A DNA stretch of 41,968 nucleotides from a virus. Its lineage: Duplodnaviria > Heunggongvirae > Uroviricota > Caudoviricetes. The position numbers were made by a program, and so were the translations under genes. The DNA lies in the IMG/VR virus record IMGVR_UViG_2563366992_000001, positions 1-41,968 of that record. The stretch is one strand, 5' to 3'. This document shows positions 1-9,305 of the stretch, piece after piece; the first letter of the stretch is position 1, and each line of letters begins with the position of its first letter. A model generated the notes under the pieces. It was not told where the DNA came from and did not search any database. It was given only the letters and a program-made list of their open reading frames with translations.

Positions 1-1254
1 ATGCTGGAACAAATGGGCATTGCCGCGAAGCAAGCCTCGTATAAATTAGCGCAACTCTCCAGCCGCGAAAAAAATCGCGTGCTGGAAAAAATCGCCGATG
101 AACTGGAAGCACAAAGCGAAATCATCCTCAACGCTAACGCCCAGGATGTTGCTGACGCGCGAGCCAATGGCCTTAGCGAAGCGATGCTTGACCGTCTGGC
201 ACTGACGCCCGCACGGCTGAAAGGCATTGCCGACGATGTACGTCAGGTGTGCAACCTCGCCGATCCGGTGGGGCAGGTAATCGATGGCGGCGTACTGGAC
301 AGCGGCCTGCGTCTTGAGCGTCGTCGCGTACCGCTGGGGGTTATTGGCGTGATTTATGAAGCGCGCCCGAACGTGACGGTTGATGTCGCTTCGCTGTGCC
401 TGAAAACCGGTAATGCGGTGATCCTGCGCGGTGGCAAAGAAACGTGTCGCACTAACGCTGCAACGGTGGCGGTGATTCAGGACGCCCTGAAATCCTGCGG
501 CTTACCGGCGGGTGCCGTGCAGGCGATTGATAATCCTGACCGTGCGCTGGTCAGTGAAATGCTGCGTATGGATAAATACATCGACATGCTGATCCCGCGT
601 GGTGGCGCTGGTTTGCATAAACTGTGCCGTGAACAGTCGACAATCCCGGTGATCACAGGTGGTATAGGCGTATGCCATATTTACGTTGATGAAAGTGTAG
701 AGATCGCTGAAGCATTAAAAGTGATCGTCAACGCGAAAACTCAGCGTCCGAGCACATGTAATACGGTTGAAACGTTGCTGGTGAATAAAAACATCGCCGA
801 TAGCTTCCTGCCCGCATTAAGCAAACAAATGGCGGAAAGCGGCGTGACATTACACGCAGATGCAGCTGCACTGGCGCAGTTGCAGGCAGGCCCTGCGAAG
901 GTGGTTGCTGTTAAAGCCGAAGAGTATGACGATGAGTTTCTGTCATTAGATTTGAACGTCAAAATCGTCAGCGATCTTGACGATGCCATCGCCCATATTC
1001 GTGAACACGGCACACAACACTCCGATGCGATCCTGACCCGCGATATGCGCAACGCCCAGCGTTTTGTTAACGAAGTGGATTCGTCCGCTGTTTACGTTAA
1101 CGCCTCTACGCGTTTTACCGACGGCGGCCAGTTTGGTCTGGGTGCGGAAGTGGCGGTAAGCACACAAAAACTCCACGCGCGTGGCCCAATGGGGCTGGAA
1201 GCACTGACCACTTACAAGTGGATCGGCATTGGTGATTACACCATTCGTGCGTAA
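1..1254 (+). CDS. proA: gamma-glutamyl phosphate reductase (complete, 417 aa)
   Basis: Full-length ORF from window position 1; sequence recognised as enterobacterial ProA; lies immediately upstream of thrW as in E. coli. Confidence 0.95.
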
Positions 1255-1368
1255 ATAAAACCGGGTGATGCAAAAGTAGCCATTTGATTCACAAGGCCAT
1301 TGACGCATCGCCCGGTTAGTTTTAACCTTGTCCACCGTGATTCACGTTCGTGAACATGTCCTTTCAGG

Positions 1369-1444
1369 GCCGATATAGCTCAGTTGGTAGAGCAGCGCAT
1401 TCGTAATGCGAAGGTCGTAGGTTCGACTCCTATTATCGGCACCA
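1369..1444 (+). tRNA. thrW: tRNA-Thr (anticodon CGU)
   Basis: 76-nt sequence GCCGATATAGCTCAGTTGGTAGAGCAGCGCATTCGTAATGCGAAGGTCGTAGGTTCGACTCCTATTATCGGCACCA read directly; anticodon loop contains CGT; encoded CCA end. Confidence 0.95.
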
Positions 1445-1458
1445 TTTAAATCAATAAG

Positions 1459-2622
1459 TTACACATCATTAGTACCTTCCTTATTTTTTGACTGGGACAA
1501 ATTTGGGACCGATGGGTTCAGGATCGAGTCTATTTGCCGTGCGTGTTCGGTAAGGTGATTAGGTGCAAGGTGAGCATATCGACGAACCATTTCGATAGAC
1601 TCCCAGCCACCCATTTCCTGTAACACTGACAACGGGACTCCGGCTTGAACCAGCCAACTTGCCCAGGTGTGTCTCAAGTCGTGAAATCTGAAATCATCAA
1701 TACCAGCTCGTCTCAGCGCCGCTTTCCAGGCTGTGTTTGCGTCATATCGCATCTTCCTTACTGTTGGCGCTTTCGTTCCGTCTGGTTTGGTACAGCTTTC
1801 CTTGTACACAAATACCCAACGGTGATGATTCCCGATTTGTTTTTTCAAAACGCGACATGCAGTATCATTCAGCGCAACGCCGATTGCGCGGTTTGATTTA
1901 CTCTCTTCCGGGTTTATCCATGCCACCCGGCGCTGCATATCTATTTGTTGCCATTCAAGGTTGATGATGTTCGAGCGTCTTAAACCTGTTGCCAGTGCAA
2001 ATTCAACAACAGACTTTAATGGCTCCGGACATTCATCAATCAGCCTTTGTGCTTCATGGGGCTCCAGCCAGCGGATCCGTTTATTCTTTGGTTGAGGCAC
2101 TTTAATAATTGGTGCCTTATCCAGCATTTTCCATTCACGCTCTGCGGCTCTTAGTAGGGCCTTTATAAATGAAAGATGCGTAGCCTTCGTTGCAACGGAC
2201 GCTGGTTTTGGCGTGTATTCTGGAACAGGTTTCCCTTTTTTTCTGCATGCTTCTGCCCTGAGTTTCCAGTTTTCCTCATGACGCCGGTTCGTCATTTTCT
2301 GCATTGCTGAATAAATTTTTGATTCAGTAATGTCTCTTAGTTGCATTCCTGCGAAATGTTGAAGCCAGAATCCGATCCGGCTTTTGTCATCGTCCAGTGA
2401 TTTTTTATGTGCTTTCTCTTCAAGCCACCTGACACACGCTTCCTCGAACGTTATATCAGGTATTTCACCAAGTTTGCTGACCCGCCATGCTTCAGCCTTT
2501 AGCTTGTCATGGAGTTCTGTCGCCTGCCTTTTGTCCTTTGTTCCAAGAGACTGTTTAAATCTTTTACCGTTCGGCAATGTGAAACTGGCGTACCATATTT
2601 CACCTCTGCGGAAGAGTGACAT
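1459..2622 (-). CDS. int: tyrosine integrase, lambda family
   Basis: 387-aa ORF with C-terminal catalytic motifs (HDLRHTWAS...VRRYAHL); adjacent to tRNA insertion site. Confidence 0.9.
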   Translation of the reverse strand: MSLFRRGEIWYASFTLPNGKRFKQSLGTKDKRQATELHDKLKAEAWRVSKLGEIPDITFEEACVRWLEEKAHKKSLDDDKSRIGFWLQHFAGMQLRDITESKIYSAMQKMTNRRHEENWKLRAEACRKKGKPVPEYTPKPASVATKATHLSFIKALLRAAEREWKMLDKAPIIKVPQPKNKRIRWLEPHEAQRLIDECPEPLKSVVEFALATGLRRSNIINLEWQQIDMQRRVAWINPEESKSNRAIGVALNDTACRVLKKQIGNHHRWVFVYKESCTKPDGTKAPTVRKMRYDANTAWKAALRRAGIDDFRFHDLRHTWASWLVQAGVPLSVLQEMGGWESIEMVRRYAHLAPNHLTEHARQIDSILNPSVPNLSQSKNKEGTNDV

Positions 2623-2849
2623 TTTCTTTCCTCTGTTATGCCATCACCCGCGCTCACCTGGACAGTATGCAGCGGAGACTGAAGAGCCGCAATGCAGGCT
2701 TGTCGTGTTGTGAGGTAAGGAGATTTATTCTTAGTGGGATCTTTGCGTGTTGCCTGAAGACGCCCTGTGCGTATCCAGTTAATGGCAGTCGGTCTGGATA
2801 TCTTGAGAAAATGACAGGCCTCATCGAGTGTGAGGCTGTATGGCTCCAT
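2499..2849 (-). CDS. xis: excisionase-like DNA-binding protein
   Basis: Internal ATG ([29 protein letters not shown]) of track ORF 2499..2933; HTH-like N-terminus; directly upstream of int with 3' overlap as in lambda xis/int. Confidence 0.5.
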   Translation of the reverse strand: MEPYSLTLDEACHFLKISRPTAINWIRTGRLQATRKDPTKNKSPYLTTRQACIAALQSPLHTVQVSAGDGITEERKCHSSAEVKYGTPVSHCRTVKDLNSLLEQRTKGRRQNSMTS

Positions 2850-3154
2850 TATTTCACCTCTTGCTGTGACATTGTTGAAAAATGGATACCAGCTCGTTGC
2901 TGCCAGACGATCCAACCGAGAGTCATATCCCATGCCATGTATTCGTTATCGCCGTTTTTTGCTCTCCGACGATCTACTAAGTCACCGAAACGCTTTTCCA
3001 TGAATAATTCATAAGCTTCGCGTTCATCTGGTTCTACTTCCAGAGATAGGAGTGCGATTTCATAAGCACGGCGCTCAATATCGTCTCGCACGTCAAGGCT
3101 GCTGATACGCTCTTTAATTTCTTTAATCAGTTCTTTGTCGGTAAAAGTGGTCAT
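2849..3154 (-). CDS. hypothetical phage early protein
   Basis: 101-aa ORF in the leftward early operon, tightly packed with neighbours. Confidence 0.45.
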   Translation of the reverse strand: MTTFTDKELIKEIKERISSLDVRDDIERRAYEIALLSLEVEPDEREAYELFMEKRFGDLVDRRRAKNGDNEYMAWDMTLGWIVWQQRAGIHFSTMSQQEVK

Positions 3155-3516
3155 TATGCTCCAGCCTCCGGTGCTTTTGGCATTACTGCCCAGTGAGTGA
3201 TATTGACGTTTTCAAGGTCCCCGACCTGAAATGTCCACTGCCATTCTCCGGTTTCTTTTTGTCCCCAGGTGTACCAGAGAGAACGCCAACCAATTAGCCA
3301 GCCTTCTCCGTTAGCATCGAATAACAAAACACTTTCATTTGCTGGTGGCAGTTCAGTTGACACTGGTATTACTTTGTTTTCCTGTGCTGCACATTTAGCT
3401 TCAAGCGCATCGAATTTACGCACCAGGTATTCAGCATCTGTTTCATTTACTTTAAGATCTCGCGGTACACATCTCCCACGAAGAAACCCTTCCATTTCGA
3501 AAACATTCATGCGCAT
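3154..3516 (-). CDS. hypothetical phage protein (DUF551-like, Trp-rich)
   Basis: 120-aa ORF; W/G-rich C-terminus reminiscent of DUF551 prophage proteins; recognition from memory. Confidence 0.4.
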   Translation of the reverse strand: MRMNVFEMEGFLRGRCVPRDLKVNETDAEYLVRKFDALEAKCAAQENKVIPVSTELPPANESVLLFDANGEGWLIGWRSLWYTWGQKETGEWQWTFQVGDLENVNITHWAVMPKAPEAGA

Positions 3517-4043
3517 TTGCGTAACTCCGATAACTCGTTAAAGCGTTCCATAAACATCCCGTAGGCATGGCCCGGTGCCAGTGGAATCACGTTGAACATC
3601 TCTGTTGCCGGGATACCTTCCAGTACAGGCCAGAAAGAGCCATCATCAAGCCCGAGATCGCGGCGTTCGGTTGCCAGCATGATGAGATCGGCATATTTCA
3701 CGGGCGTACTCATAACTGGGGGTAATCCGTATTTCTCACGGATTACGGAGTCTATTTTTTCTTCCATTTGTTTATAGTCAGGAAGAAGGCGTTTCAGTGG
3801 TGCGGGAATGTCCTGGCAATACGCTTCTGTTGCATCATGCATTAACGCTTCAAAAGCAAATTCCTGCGGCACCAGCTGGCTGCAAAGAACCGCATGTTGG
3901 GCGACGCTGTAGAAGTGCGAAAGATGACCGGCAAAGCGACAGATATTTGAAAGGGAAACCGCGATATCGTTAATATCGATGTCGTCTTTATTTATCTTGT
4001 CATAATAAAAATGCTTCCCGGAAAAAGTTTTAATAAATGACAT
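3507..4043 (-). CDS. HD-domain phosphohydrolase (YfdR-like 5'-deoxynucleotidase family)
   Basis: H...HD signature (QHAV ... MHDATEAY); ATG at 4043 preceded by GGAGA; track start at 4070 is a GTG. Confidence 0.6.
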   Translation of the reverse strand: MSFIKTFSGKHFYYDKINKDDIDINDIAVSLSNICRFAGHLSHFYSVAQHAVLCSQLVPQEFAFEALMHDATEAYCQDIPAPLKRLLPDYKQMEEKIDSVIREKYGLPPVMSTPVKYADLIMLATERRDLGLDDGSFWPVLEGIPATEMFNVIPLAPGHAYGMFMERFNELSELRKCA

Positions 4044-4170
4044 TTTGTTCTCCACGTATATGCGCTGCACCGCGCTGAATTCTGGTAAAAAGAATCCCTC
4101 ACCATCCGGCGATTATTGAGTAAATTACGTTTCCATAAATGCCCCCGCAGGGGCATTTGCAGTAATGAAA

Positions 4171-4995
4171 TCAGGCGGTGAAAGTACCAATAAAGGTTTC
4201 TACTTTGCTGTCCTTGAATTTCTCAACAAGCAGATCACGAAATTCGTTAGCCATTTCTTCCTGCACCGCCTCCAGCTGAATAATGCGCAGAACCAGTACC
4301 GGACGATCGCCAGTGATAATGCTGAGGCGTAATTTAAACGGACGTTCTTTCAGACCTTCAAACGGAATGCATTTAAATTCAAATGCCACTGGCATAATGT
4401 CTTTGGTCTTCGCTTCGACAGACTCCATCAGGGAGCGTTTGCCGCTGAAGTCATTATCTTCAAAATCAGCGGTCTGGTTTGCTTCAATCGTGATTTTACG
4501 GATCGCCGCAGCCGCTTTTGTTGCCTGAATGGTGTCACCATTAGCATCAAAGCCCACAAGGTAGTCGGCCCAGTCTTCAATCCATTCTGCCAGTGATTTC
4601 TGGGAGTTACGCTCGCCATTAACAGACAACAGAGCAGAGAACGGTGCTGTCTTTTTCAGTTTGAGAGTGGCGGTGTTATCTGCGTGACCTGGTTCATCAA
4701 TAGTACCCAGGTTAAGCACACTGACGGCACGCATATTATCAGCATCGATAAAGCAGCGGGTGCCTTCATCTGCAAGATCTTTAGAATAACGGGTAAAGTC
4801 ATCGATGCTGGCAGTGGAAAGCGCACCACGGAAACGGAAGCGATTTAAATTAAATTTTTCCAGATCATGAATGCGGAAATTCTCAGGCAATGCCACAGCA
4901 TCGGCACCAATCTTACTGATAATTTCATTAACACCCTGAGCAGAAATAAGGGCATGGATTTGATTAATTGCGGTTGCGTCTAAGTTCTGAGACAT
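4171..4995 (-). CDS. DUF2303 (YfdQ-like) family protein
   Basis: 274-aa ORF; resembles YfdQ-type prophage proteins by memory; neighbour of the HD-domain gene as in CPS-53-like prophages. Confidence 0.45.
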   Translation of the reverse strand: MSQNLDATAINQIHALISAQGVNEIISKIGADAVALPENFRIHDLEKFNLNRFRFRGALSTASIDDFTRYSKDLADEGTRCFIDADNMRAVSVLNLGTIDEPGHADNTATLKLKKTAPFSALLSVNGERNSQKSLAEWIEDWADYLVGFDANGDTIQATKAAAAIRKITIEANQTADFEDNDFSGKRSLMESVEAKTKDIMPVAFEFKCIPFEGLKERPFKLRLSIITGDRPVLVLRIIQLEAVQEEMANEFRDLLVEKFKDSKVETFIGTFTA

Positions 4996-5060
4996 AATAA
5001 GTCCTCACTATATAAAGATATTCAGTGATGAGATAAATAATCAGTTAATTAAGAACGATA

Positions 5061-5423
5061 TTAATGACCTGCTGCGCGGAGTTTTCCGTCAGGTTCACCG
5101 GCAAGAGTCAGTAATTGTCCCTGGTCTTCCTGCAGAATAGTCAGGCGACCACCGCGATTGACATACATCGGCGTTTCGGTGGTGTCTTCTTCGGAAATTT
5201 TCCCGCGGTTAGTCGGGCGAACATATGAGAGTTTGTGTTTGATTTTCACACGGTTCTCATCAAATGGTTCGATTTCCAGGTTGAGTGAGACCTTACCTTT
5301 GGTTTTCGTGTTCATCACACCGGAAGCGACTTCACTGAGAACTGCGCCGATTTTGGTTTCAAATACGCCGCCGTCCAGCTCCCCGATAAATGCCTGCACA
5401 TCAGTACTGCGTTCGCTAGCCAT
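5061..5423 (-). CDS. hypothetical phage protein
   Basis: Internal ATG (MASERSTDVQAF...) with GAGGAG RBS; upstream part of track ORF 5061..5741 is low-complexity and probably non-coding. Confidence 0.5.
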   Translation of the reverse strand: MASERSTDVQAFIGELDGGVFETKIGAVLSEVASGVMNTKTKGKVSLNLEIEPFDENRVKIKHKLSYVRPTNRGKISEEDTTETPMYVNRGGRLTILQEDQGQLLTLAGEPDGKLRAAGH

Positions 5424-5471
5424 TTTGCTGCTCCTCATCATATCGACCCTGCAAGGCCGATTAGTTTCTCC

Positions 5472-5660
5472 ACAAAACAGAGAAGAACACCTGCGGTAGC
5501 AGCCGCCCGGATGGATTGGGTTATGAGCCCGTCGTCCGGTGATGCTCTTCTCTGTTTTGTAAAAAGGACGGTACCAGCCGGAAGCAAGGGTACAAACTGG
5601 TACCGCCAGGACTACACACAGCATAAAGTTGTGGTGCCGGGTGCCTCCCGGTGCCTGGCG
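5472..5660. other. cluster of nested inverted repeats (candidate structured RNA or DNA site)
   Basis: 18-nt arms 5472..5489 and 5543..5560 (15 perfect bp + 1 mismatch + 2 bp); 8-bp perfect IR GGTACCAG/CTGGTACC 5570..5604; 7-bp IR CGCCAGG/CCTGGCG 5604..5660. Confidence 0.3.
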
Positions 5661-5860
5661 AAGGTTGCACACCAGACGGGTGGGTATCCACAGAAGGTCG
5701 ACTGTCAGCCTCAACCTTAACCCGCGTGCGCTGAGCCGCATTCACCACAACGCTAAGGATTCTCTTTGGTTGAAAATACTTAGCTGTTATGTGCCTGTCT
5801 TTTCACCACTTCAGGCTCGGTGGTATCCTTTTAAGCCCGTATACATAAAAGGAAAATCAA

Positions 5861-6106
5861 ATGACTTTTGATGAAAAAGAACTTGATAATGCAATTAATA
5901 AAATCATCGTAACGTCGCTCTTTTCCTGTCTCAGCGACACTCAGCAGAAACAGTTCTACGAATCGGCTTTCAACATGATCGAGCGTTGTTGTTTCTGCGA
6001 TGCCGACGAGTTACCTGAAAAAATCAGGAAACAGTTGGCTGATGCTCTTCGAGTGCGACTTTCTGACCAATTTTCTGAAATGTGCTCTCCGAATTTGGAC
6101 AAATAG
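5861..6106 (+). CDS. hypothetical small protein
   Basis: 81-aa ORF with AAAGGA RBS; helical-looking sequence. Confidence 0.45.
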   Translation: MTFDEKELDNAINKIIVTSLFSCLSDTQQKQFYESAFNMIERCCFCDADELPEKIRKQLADALRVRLSDQFSEMCSPNLDK

Positions 6107-6299
6107 AAAAAGGCCATTTCCATTCAGGGTCTGATGGAAATACTTCAGCCTGTTCCAAAGCACGGCGTAAAGAGAACACAACTCCAGCCATAATCTGATG
6201 TTTCCCATTGGTCCAGCTATCGCCGCTCTGATCTACAGGGGCGGCTATGTCGTATGACCAAACGACTTCACAGTTATTGTTTAAAATCTGGACTTTCAT
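6024..6299 (-). CDS. hypothetical small protein downstream of cI (rex-equivalent position)
   Basis: Internal ATG (MKVQIL...) with AGGTG RBS; same orientation as and immediately downstream of cI; 3' end overlaps convergent ORF 5861..6106. Confidence 0.4.
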   Translation of the reverse strand: MKVQILNNNCEVVWSYDIAAPVDQSGDSWTNGKHQIMAGVVFSLRRALEQAEVFPSDPEWKWPFSICPNSESTFQKIGQKVALEEHQPTVS

Positions 6300-6505
6300 T
6301 TCATACACCTGCTTTAACATGAGTGCCTGGTGGCACAACATGACTCAACGAATCATCCTGGACTTCATATGCCCCAGGCGGCTACTTCGTGGGCGTCCTG
6401 CCTGTTCGTTATCTTTGATATAAAATCTAACTTAACTTAGTTATTATGGCAAGAGAAAACACCAAACTTTTCTTAGTTCGGTGCCTTAGTTAGAGAAGAG
6501 AGGTC

Positions 6506-7132
6506 TTAGAGTTCGTATTGAACTCCTTTGACTACACCAATGATAAGGCAATTACCATTGATAGGGATGTTGGGATACCGAGGATTTAATGGCACTAAAA
6601 ACTTTTGAGGGCCATCGATGACTAATTTTTTTACTGTAGCTTCGTTTGTTCCATCAAGTCGAGCGATGACTATTTTTCCATGACGAGGTTCTGCATCTGG
6701 ATCTACAATCACTGTTGCGCCTTCTGGTATTGTTGGGAGGCCATTAGGGTTAGTCATGGAGTCACCTTTAACCTCTAATGCAAATGAGTTATCACCAATC
6801 TTTAATGATGTATCTACCCACTTGTCCACTTCACTAAACACTTCTGCTGCCCTGCACTCAGTAAACTGCCCAGCCTGAACCCACGATATTACAGGAACTC
6901 TGCGCATGTTTGTGACGAGTTTGCCTTCAAACTCAGCACCATAAAGAATGTAATCTATTGACGTATTGAAGAACTTCGCTAATTTCGAAAGTGCCTCCCC
7001 ACCAGGGGTATTGATGTCTTTCTCCCAGTACCCCACAGCAACGTCGCTTACTCCACAAAATTTACCCAATTCTTTCTGGGACGTTCCGGTAACTCTTCTC
7101 AGAGCTTTTATACGCTGACCAACCGTTTCCAT
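6506..7132 (-). CDS. cI: CI-type prophage repressor (HTH + S24 LexA-like peptidase domain)
   Basis: N-terminal HTH, C-terminal GDSM serine motif and downstream Lys; divergent from cro. Confidence 0.85.
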   Translation of the reverse strand: METVGQRIKALRRVTGTSQKELGKFCGVSDVAVGYWEKDINTPGGEALSKLAKFFNTSIDYILYGAEFEGKLVTNMRRVPVISWVQAGQFTECRAAEVFSEVDKWVDTSLKIGDNSFALEVKGDSMTNPNGLPTIPEGATVIVDPDAEPRHGKIVIARLDGTNEATVKKLVIDGPQKFLVPLNPRYPNIPINGNCLIIGVVKGVQYEL

Positions 7133-7229
7133 AGGAGCACCATTTCTTGAATTGCTAAGTAATCTTAGTTTTTATTGACCAAAGATAGATTTGTAATTAG
7201 CATCTAATAAAACTTAGTTTGGAGGGCGT
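7133..7229. promoter_or_regulatory. divergent immunity operator/promoter region (pRM/pR-like)
   Basis: Palindromes CTAAGTAATCTTAG (7155..7168) and ATTAGCATCTAAT (7196..7208); TTGACC -35-like hexamer 7175..7180; cI start codon has no SD (leaderless-like). Confidence 0.55.
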
Positions 7230-7430
7230 ATGACAACTGACGATATCGAAAGCTACTTCGGCAGTATTGAGAAAGTTGCTGCTTTTTTCGGCATAACAAC
7301 TGAAGCCGTTTATCAGTGGCGAAACCGTCCGGGCCAGTTAATTCCAAAAGGACGTGCAGCAGAAGCTGCATATAGAACTTGCGGACGGTTGCCATTTAAA
7401 CCTGAGCTTTATGAAAAATCTAATGGATAA
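7230..7430 (+). CDS. cro: Cro-like HTH regulator
   Basis: 66-aa ORF with GGAGGG RBS, divergent from cI. Confidence 0.75.
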   Translation: MTTDDIESYFGSIEKVAAFFGITTEAVYQWRNRPGQLIPKGRAAEAAYRTCGRLPFKPELYEKSNG

Positions 7431-8019
7431 ATCGATTAACAGAAACCACAGAACGATGAGGCTAACCGTGGGTAAGCATCACTGGAAAGTAGAAAAACAG
7501 CCTGAGTGGTACGTGAAAGCTGTCAGAAAAACTATCGCAGCGTTGCCGGGTGGTTACGCTGAAGCGGCTGACTGGCTCGATGTAACAGAAAACGCTTTAT
7601 TCAACCGCCTTCGTGCAGATGGCGATCAGATTTTCCCGCTGGGATGGGCAATGGTTTTACAGCGTGCTGGTGGCACTCACTTCATTGCTGATGCTGTGGC
7701 GCAGTCTGCAAATGGCGTCTTTGTGTCTCTTCCTGACGTCGAGGATGTGGACAACGCCGATATCAACCAACGCCTGCTGGAAGTCATTGAACAGATCGGC
7801 AGTTATTCAAAACAGATTCGTTCAGCAATTGAAGACGGTGTAGTGGAACCGCATGAGAAGACAGCAATTAACGATGAGCTGTACCTCTCAATTTCGAAGC
7901 TGCAGGAGCATGCAGCACTGGTCTACAAAATCTTTTGCGTTTCAGAAAGTAGTGACGCCCGCGAGTGTGCAGCTCCGGGCGCCGTGGCGTGTCGTGACTG
8001 TGGAGAAACTAACGCATGA
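7423..8019 (+). CDS. putative CII-like / YdaT-like regulatory protein
   Basis: ATG at 7423 overlaps cro stop (ATGGATAA); position after cro. Confidence 0.35.
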   Translation: MDKSINRNHRTMRLTVGKHHWKVEKQPEWYVKAVRKTIAALPGGYAEAADWLDVTENALFNRLRADGDQIFPLGWAMVLQRAGGTHFIADAVAQSANGVFVSLPDVEDVDNADINQRLLEVIEQIGSYSKQIRSAIEDGVVEPHEKTAINDELYLSISKLQEHAALVYKIFCVSESSDARECAAPGAVACRDCGETNA

Positions 8020-8354
8020 ACAGTTTAACAACACACTACCGTCGCTCGCAACTGATTGCGCTTCCTGTACCGGGTGGAAAAGCGAAGGTGGAGTATTGCT
8101 ATGCAGTAAATGTACCAGGTGACAGGGAAATTGTAACCCACAGCTTTGCAGAGTGGGCTGTGGGTGATTTCAACCGGCAGAAGGAGACAGTCCTTTGCGA
8201 CAAGTTAACCGCTGGTTCAAAGATCACTACGGAGTGCCCGTCAGAGTCATTCGTTGGGAGCCGGAAACACAACGTGTTATCTACCTCCGCGAAGGCTATG
8301 AGCATGAGTGCTTCAGCCCGCTCGAACAGTTTCGTCGTAAATTCAGGGAAATAG
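8016..8354 (+). CDS. hypothetical protein, possibly frameshifted
   Basis: ATG overlaps previous stop (ATGA); C-terminal ~60 codons are Ser/Thr-rich and look non-genuine, whereas an overlapping frame encodes a protein-like sequence. Confidence 0.35.
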   Translation: MNSLTTHYRRSQLIALPVPGGKAKVEYCYAVNVPGDREIVTHSFAEWAVGDFNRQKETVLCDKLTAGSKITTECPSESFVGSRKHNVLSTSAKAMSMSASARSNSFVVNSGK

Positions 8355-8374
8355 AGGTCGGTCATGAGCACTAA
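8195..8374 (+). CDS. alternative-frame small ORF (TTG start) or C-terminal part of a frameshifted gene
   Basis: AAGGAG 8181..8186 then TTG 8195; frame open 8168..8371; encodes [58 protein letters not shown]; stop overlaps the next gene's ATG. Confidence 0.25.
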   Translation: MRQVNRWFKDHYGVPVRVIRWEPETQRVIYLREGYEHECFSPLEQFRRKFREIEVGHEH

Positions 8375-9305
8375 ATTAACCGGCTATGTATGGGATGGTT
8401 GCGCTGCATCAGGCATGAAATTATCCAGCGTGGCAATTATGGCCCGCCTGGCTGATTTCAGTAATGACGAAGGTGTGTGCTGGCCATCAATTGAAACCAT
8501 TGCCCGCCAAATTGGCGCGGGAATGAGTACCGTCAGAACGGCTATCGCACGGCTGGAAGCAGAAGGCTGGTTAACGCGTAAGGCGCGTCGCCAGGGTAAC
8601 CGCAATGCGTCGAATGTTTATCAGCTTAACGTTGCGAAGCTTCAGGCAGCGGCATTTTCTCAACTGTCAGATTCTGACCCGTCAAAATCTGACGCATCAA
8701 AATCTGACCCGTCAAAATTTGATGCGTCGAAATCTGGCAAAAAAGCGGGTTTTCACCCGTCAGAATCTGGCGGGGATCCGTCAGTAAAATCAAAACATGA
8801 TCCGTCAGATAAAAAAACTTCTCGTCCGGACGCTTCGCAACCGGACACGCAGACGGCTGAACAGGAGTTTTTAACTCGCCATCCTGATGCGGTTGTATTC
8901 AGCCCTAAAAAGCGCCAGTGGGGAACGCAGGATGATTTGACCTGCGCACAGTGGCTCTGGAAAAAAATCATCGCCCTGTACGAGCAGGCCGCCGAATGTG
9001 ACGGCGAGGTGGTTCGTCCCAAAGAACCGAACTGGACAGCCTGGGCAAACGAAATTCGCCTGATGTGTGTGCAGGATGGTCGTACTCATAAACAAATCTG
9101 CGAGATGTACAGCCGCGTCAGTCGCGATCCGTTCTGGTGCCGTAACGTGCTCAGCCCGTCGAAGCTGCGGGAAAAATGGGATGAGCTTTCCCTGCGCTTA
9201 TCGCCGTCCGTCAGCACGTACACCGAAAAACGCGAAGACCCGTACTTCAAAGCCAGTTACGACAACGTGGACTACAGCCAAATCCCGGCAGGATTCAGGG
9301 GGTGA
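8364..9305 (+). CDS. phage replication initiation protein (O-like, N-terminal HTH)
   Basis: 313-aa ORF with N-terminal HTH-like region and an internal repeat-encoded linker (SKSD pentapeptides); position after cro/cII. Confidence 0.6.
   Translation: MSTKLTGYVWDGCAASGMKLSSVAIMARLADFSNDEGVCWPSIETIARQIGAGMSTVRTAIARLEAEGWLTRKARRQGNRNASNVYQLNVAKLQAAAFSQLSDSDPSKSDASKSDPSKFDASKSGKKAGFHPSESGGDPSVKSKHDPSDKKTSRPDASQPDTQTAEQEFLTRHPDAVVFSPKKRQWGTQDDLTCAQWLWKKIIALYEQAAECDGEVVRPKEPNWTAWANEIRLMCVQDGRTHKQICEMYSRVSRDPFWCRNVLSPSKLREKWDELSLRLSPSVSTYTEKREDPYFKASYDNVDYSQIPAGFRG
8666..8773. repeat. tandem ~15-bp iteron-like repeats inside the replication gene (candidate phage origin)
   Basis: Five consecutive units of the form GTCAAAATCTGACNC at 8666..8740 plus one more at 8759..8773, followed by an A-rich stretch 8811..8817. 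Confidence 0.45.

Noticed and set aside
741-1335. Two minus-strand ORFs (103 and 129 aa)
   Set aside because: Antisense to the well-recognised proA coding sequence.
5511-5748. 69-aa plus-strand and 75-aa minus-strand ORFs in the hairpin-rich intergenic region
   Set aside because: Pro/Ser/Gly-rich translations typical of GC-rich non-coding DNA, no RBS, and they overlap the inverted repeats; treated as non-coding.
5424-5860. Retron msr/msd non-coding RNA hypothesis for the nested inverted repeats
   Set aside because: No reverse transcriptase gene is present nearby or anywhere in the window.
8666-8773. Tandem repeats considered as a possible CRISPR array
   Set aside because: Units are contiguous ~15-bp repeats without spacers, lie in-frame inside a coding gene and encode a repetitive peptide linker; iteron-like, not CRISPR.
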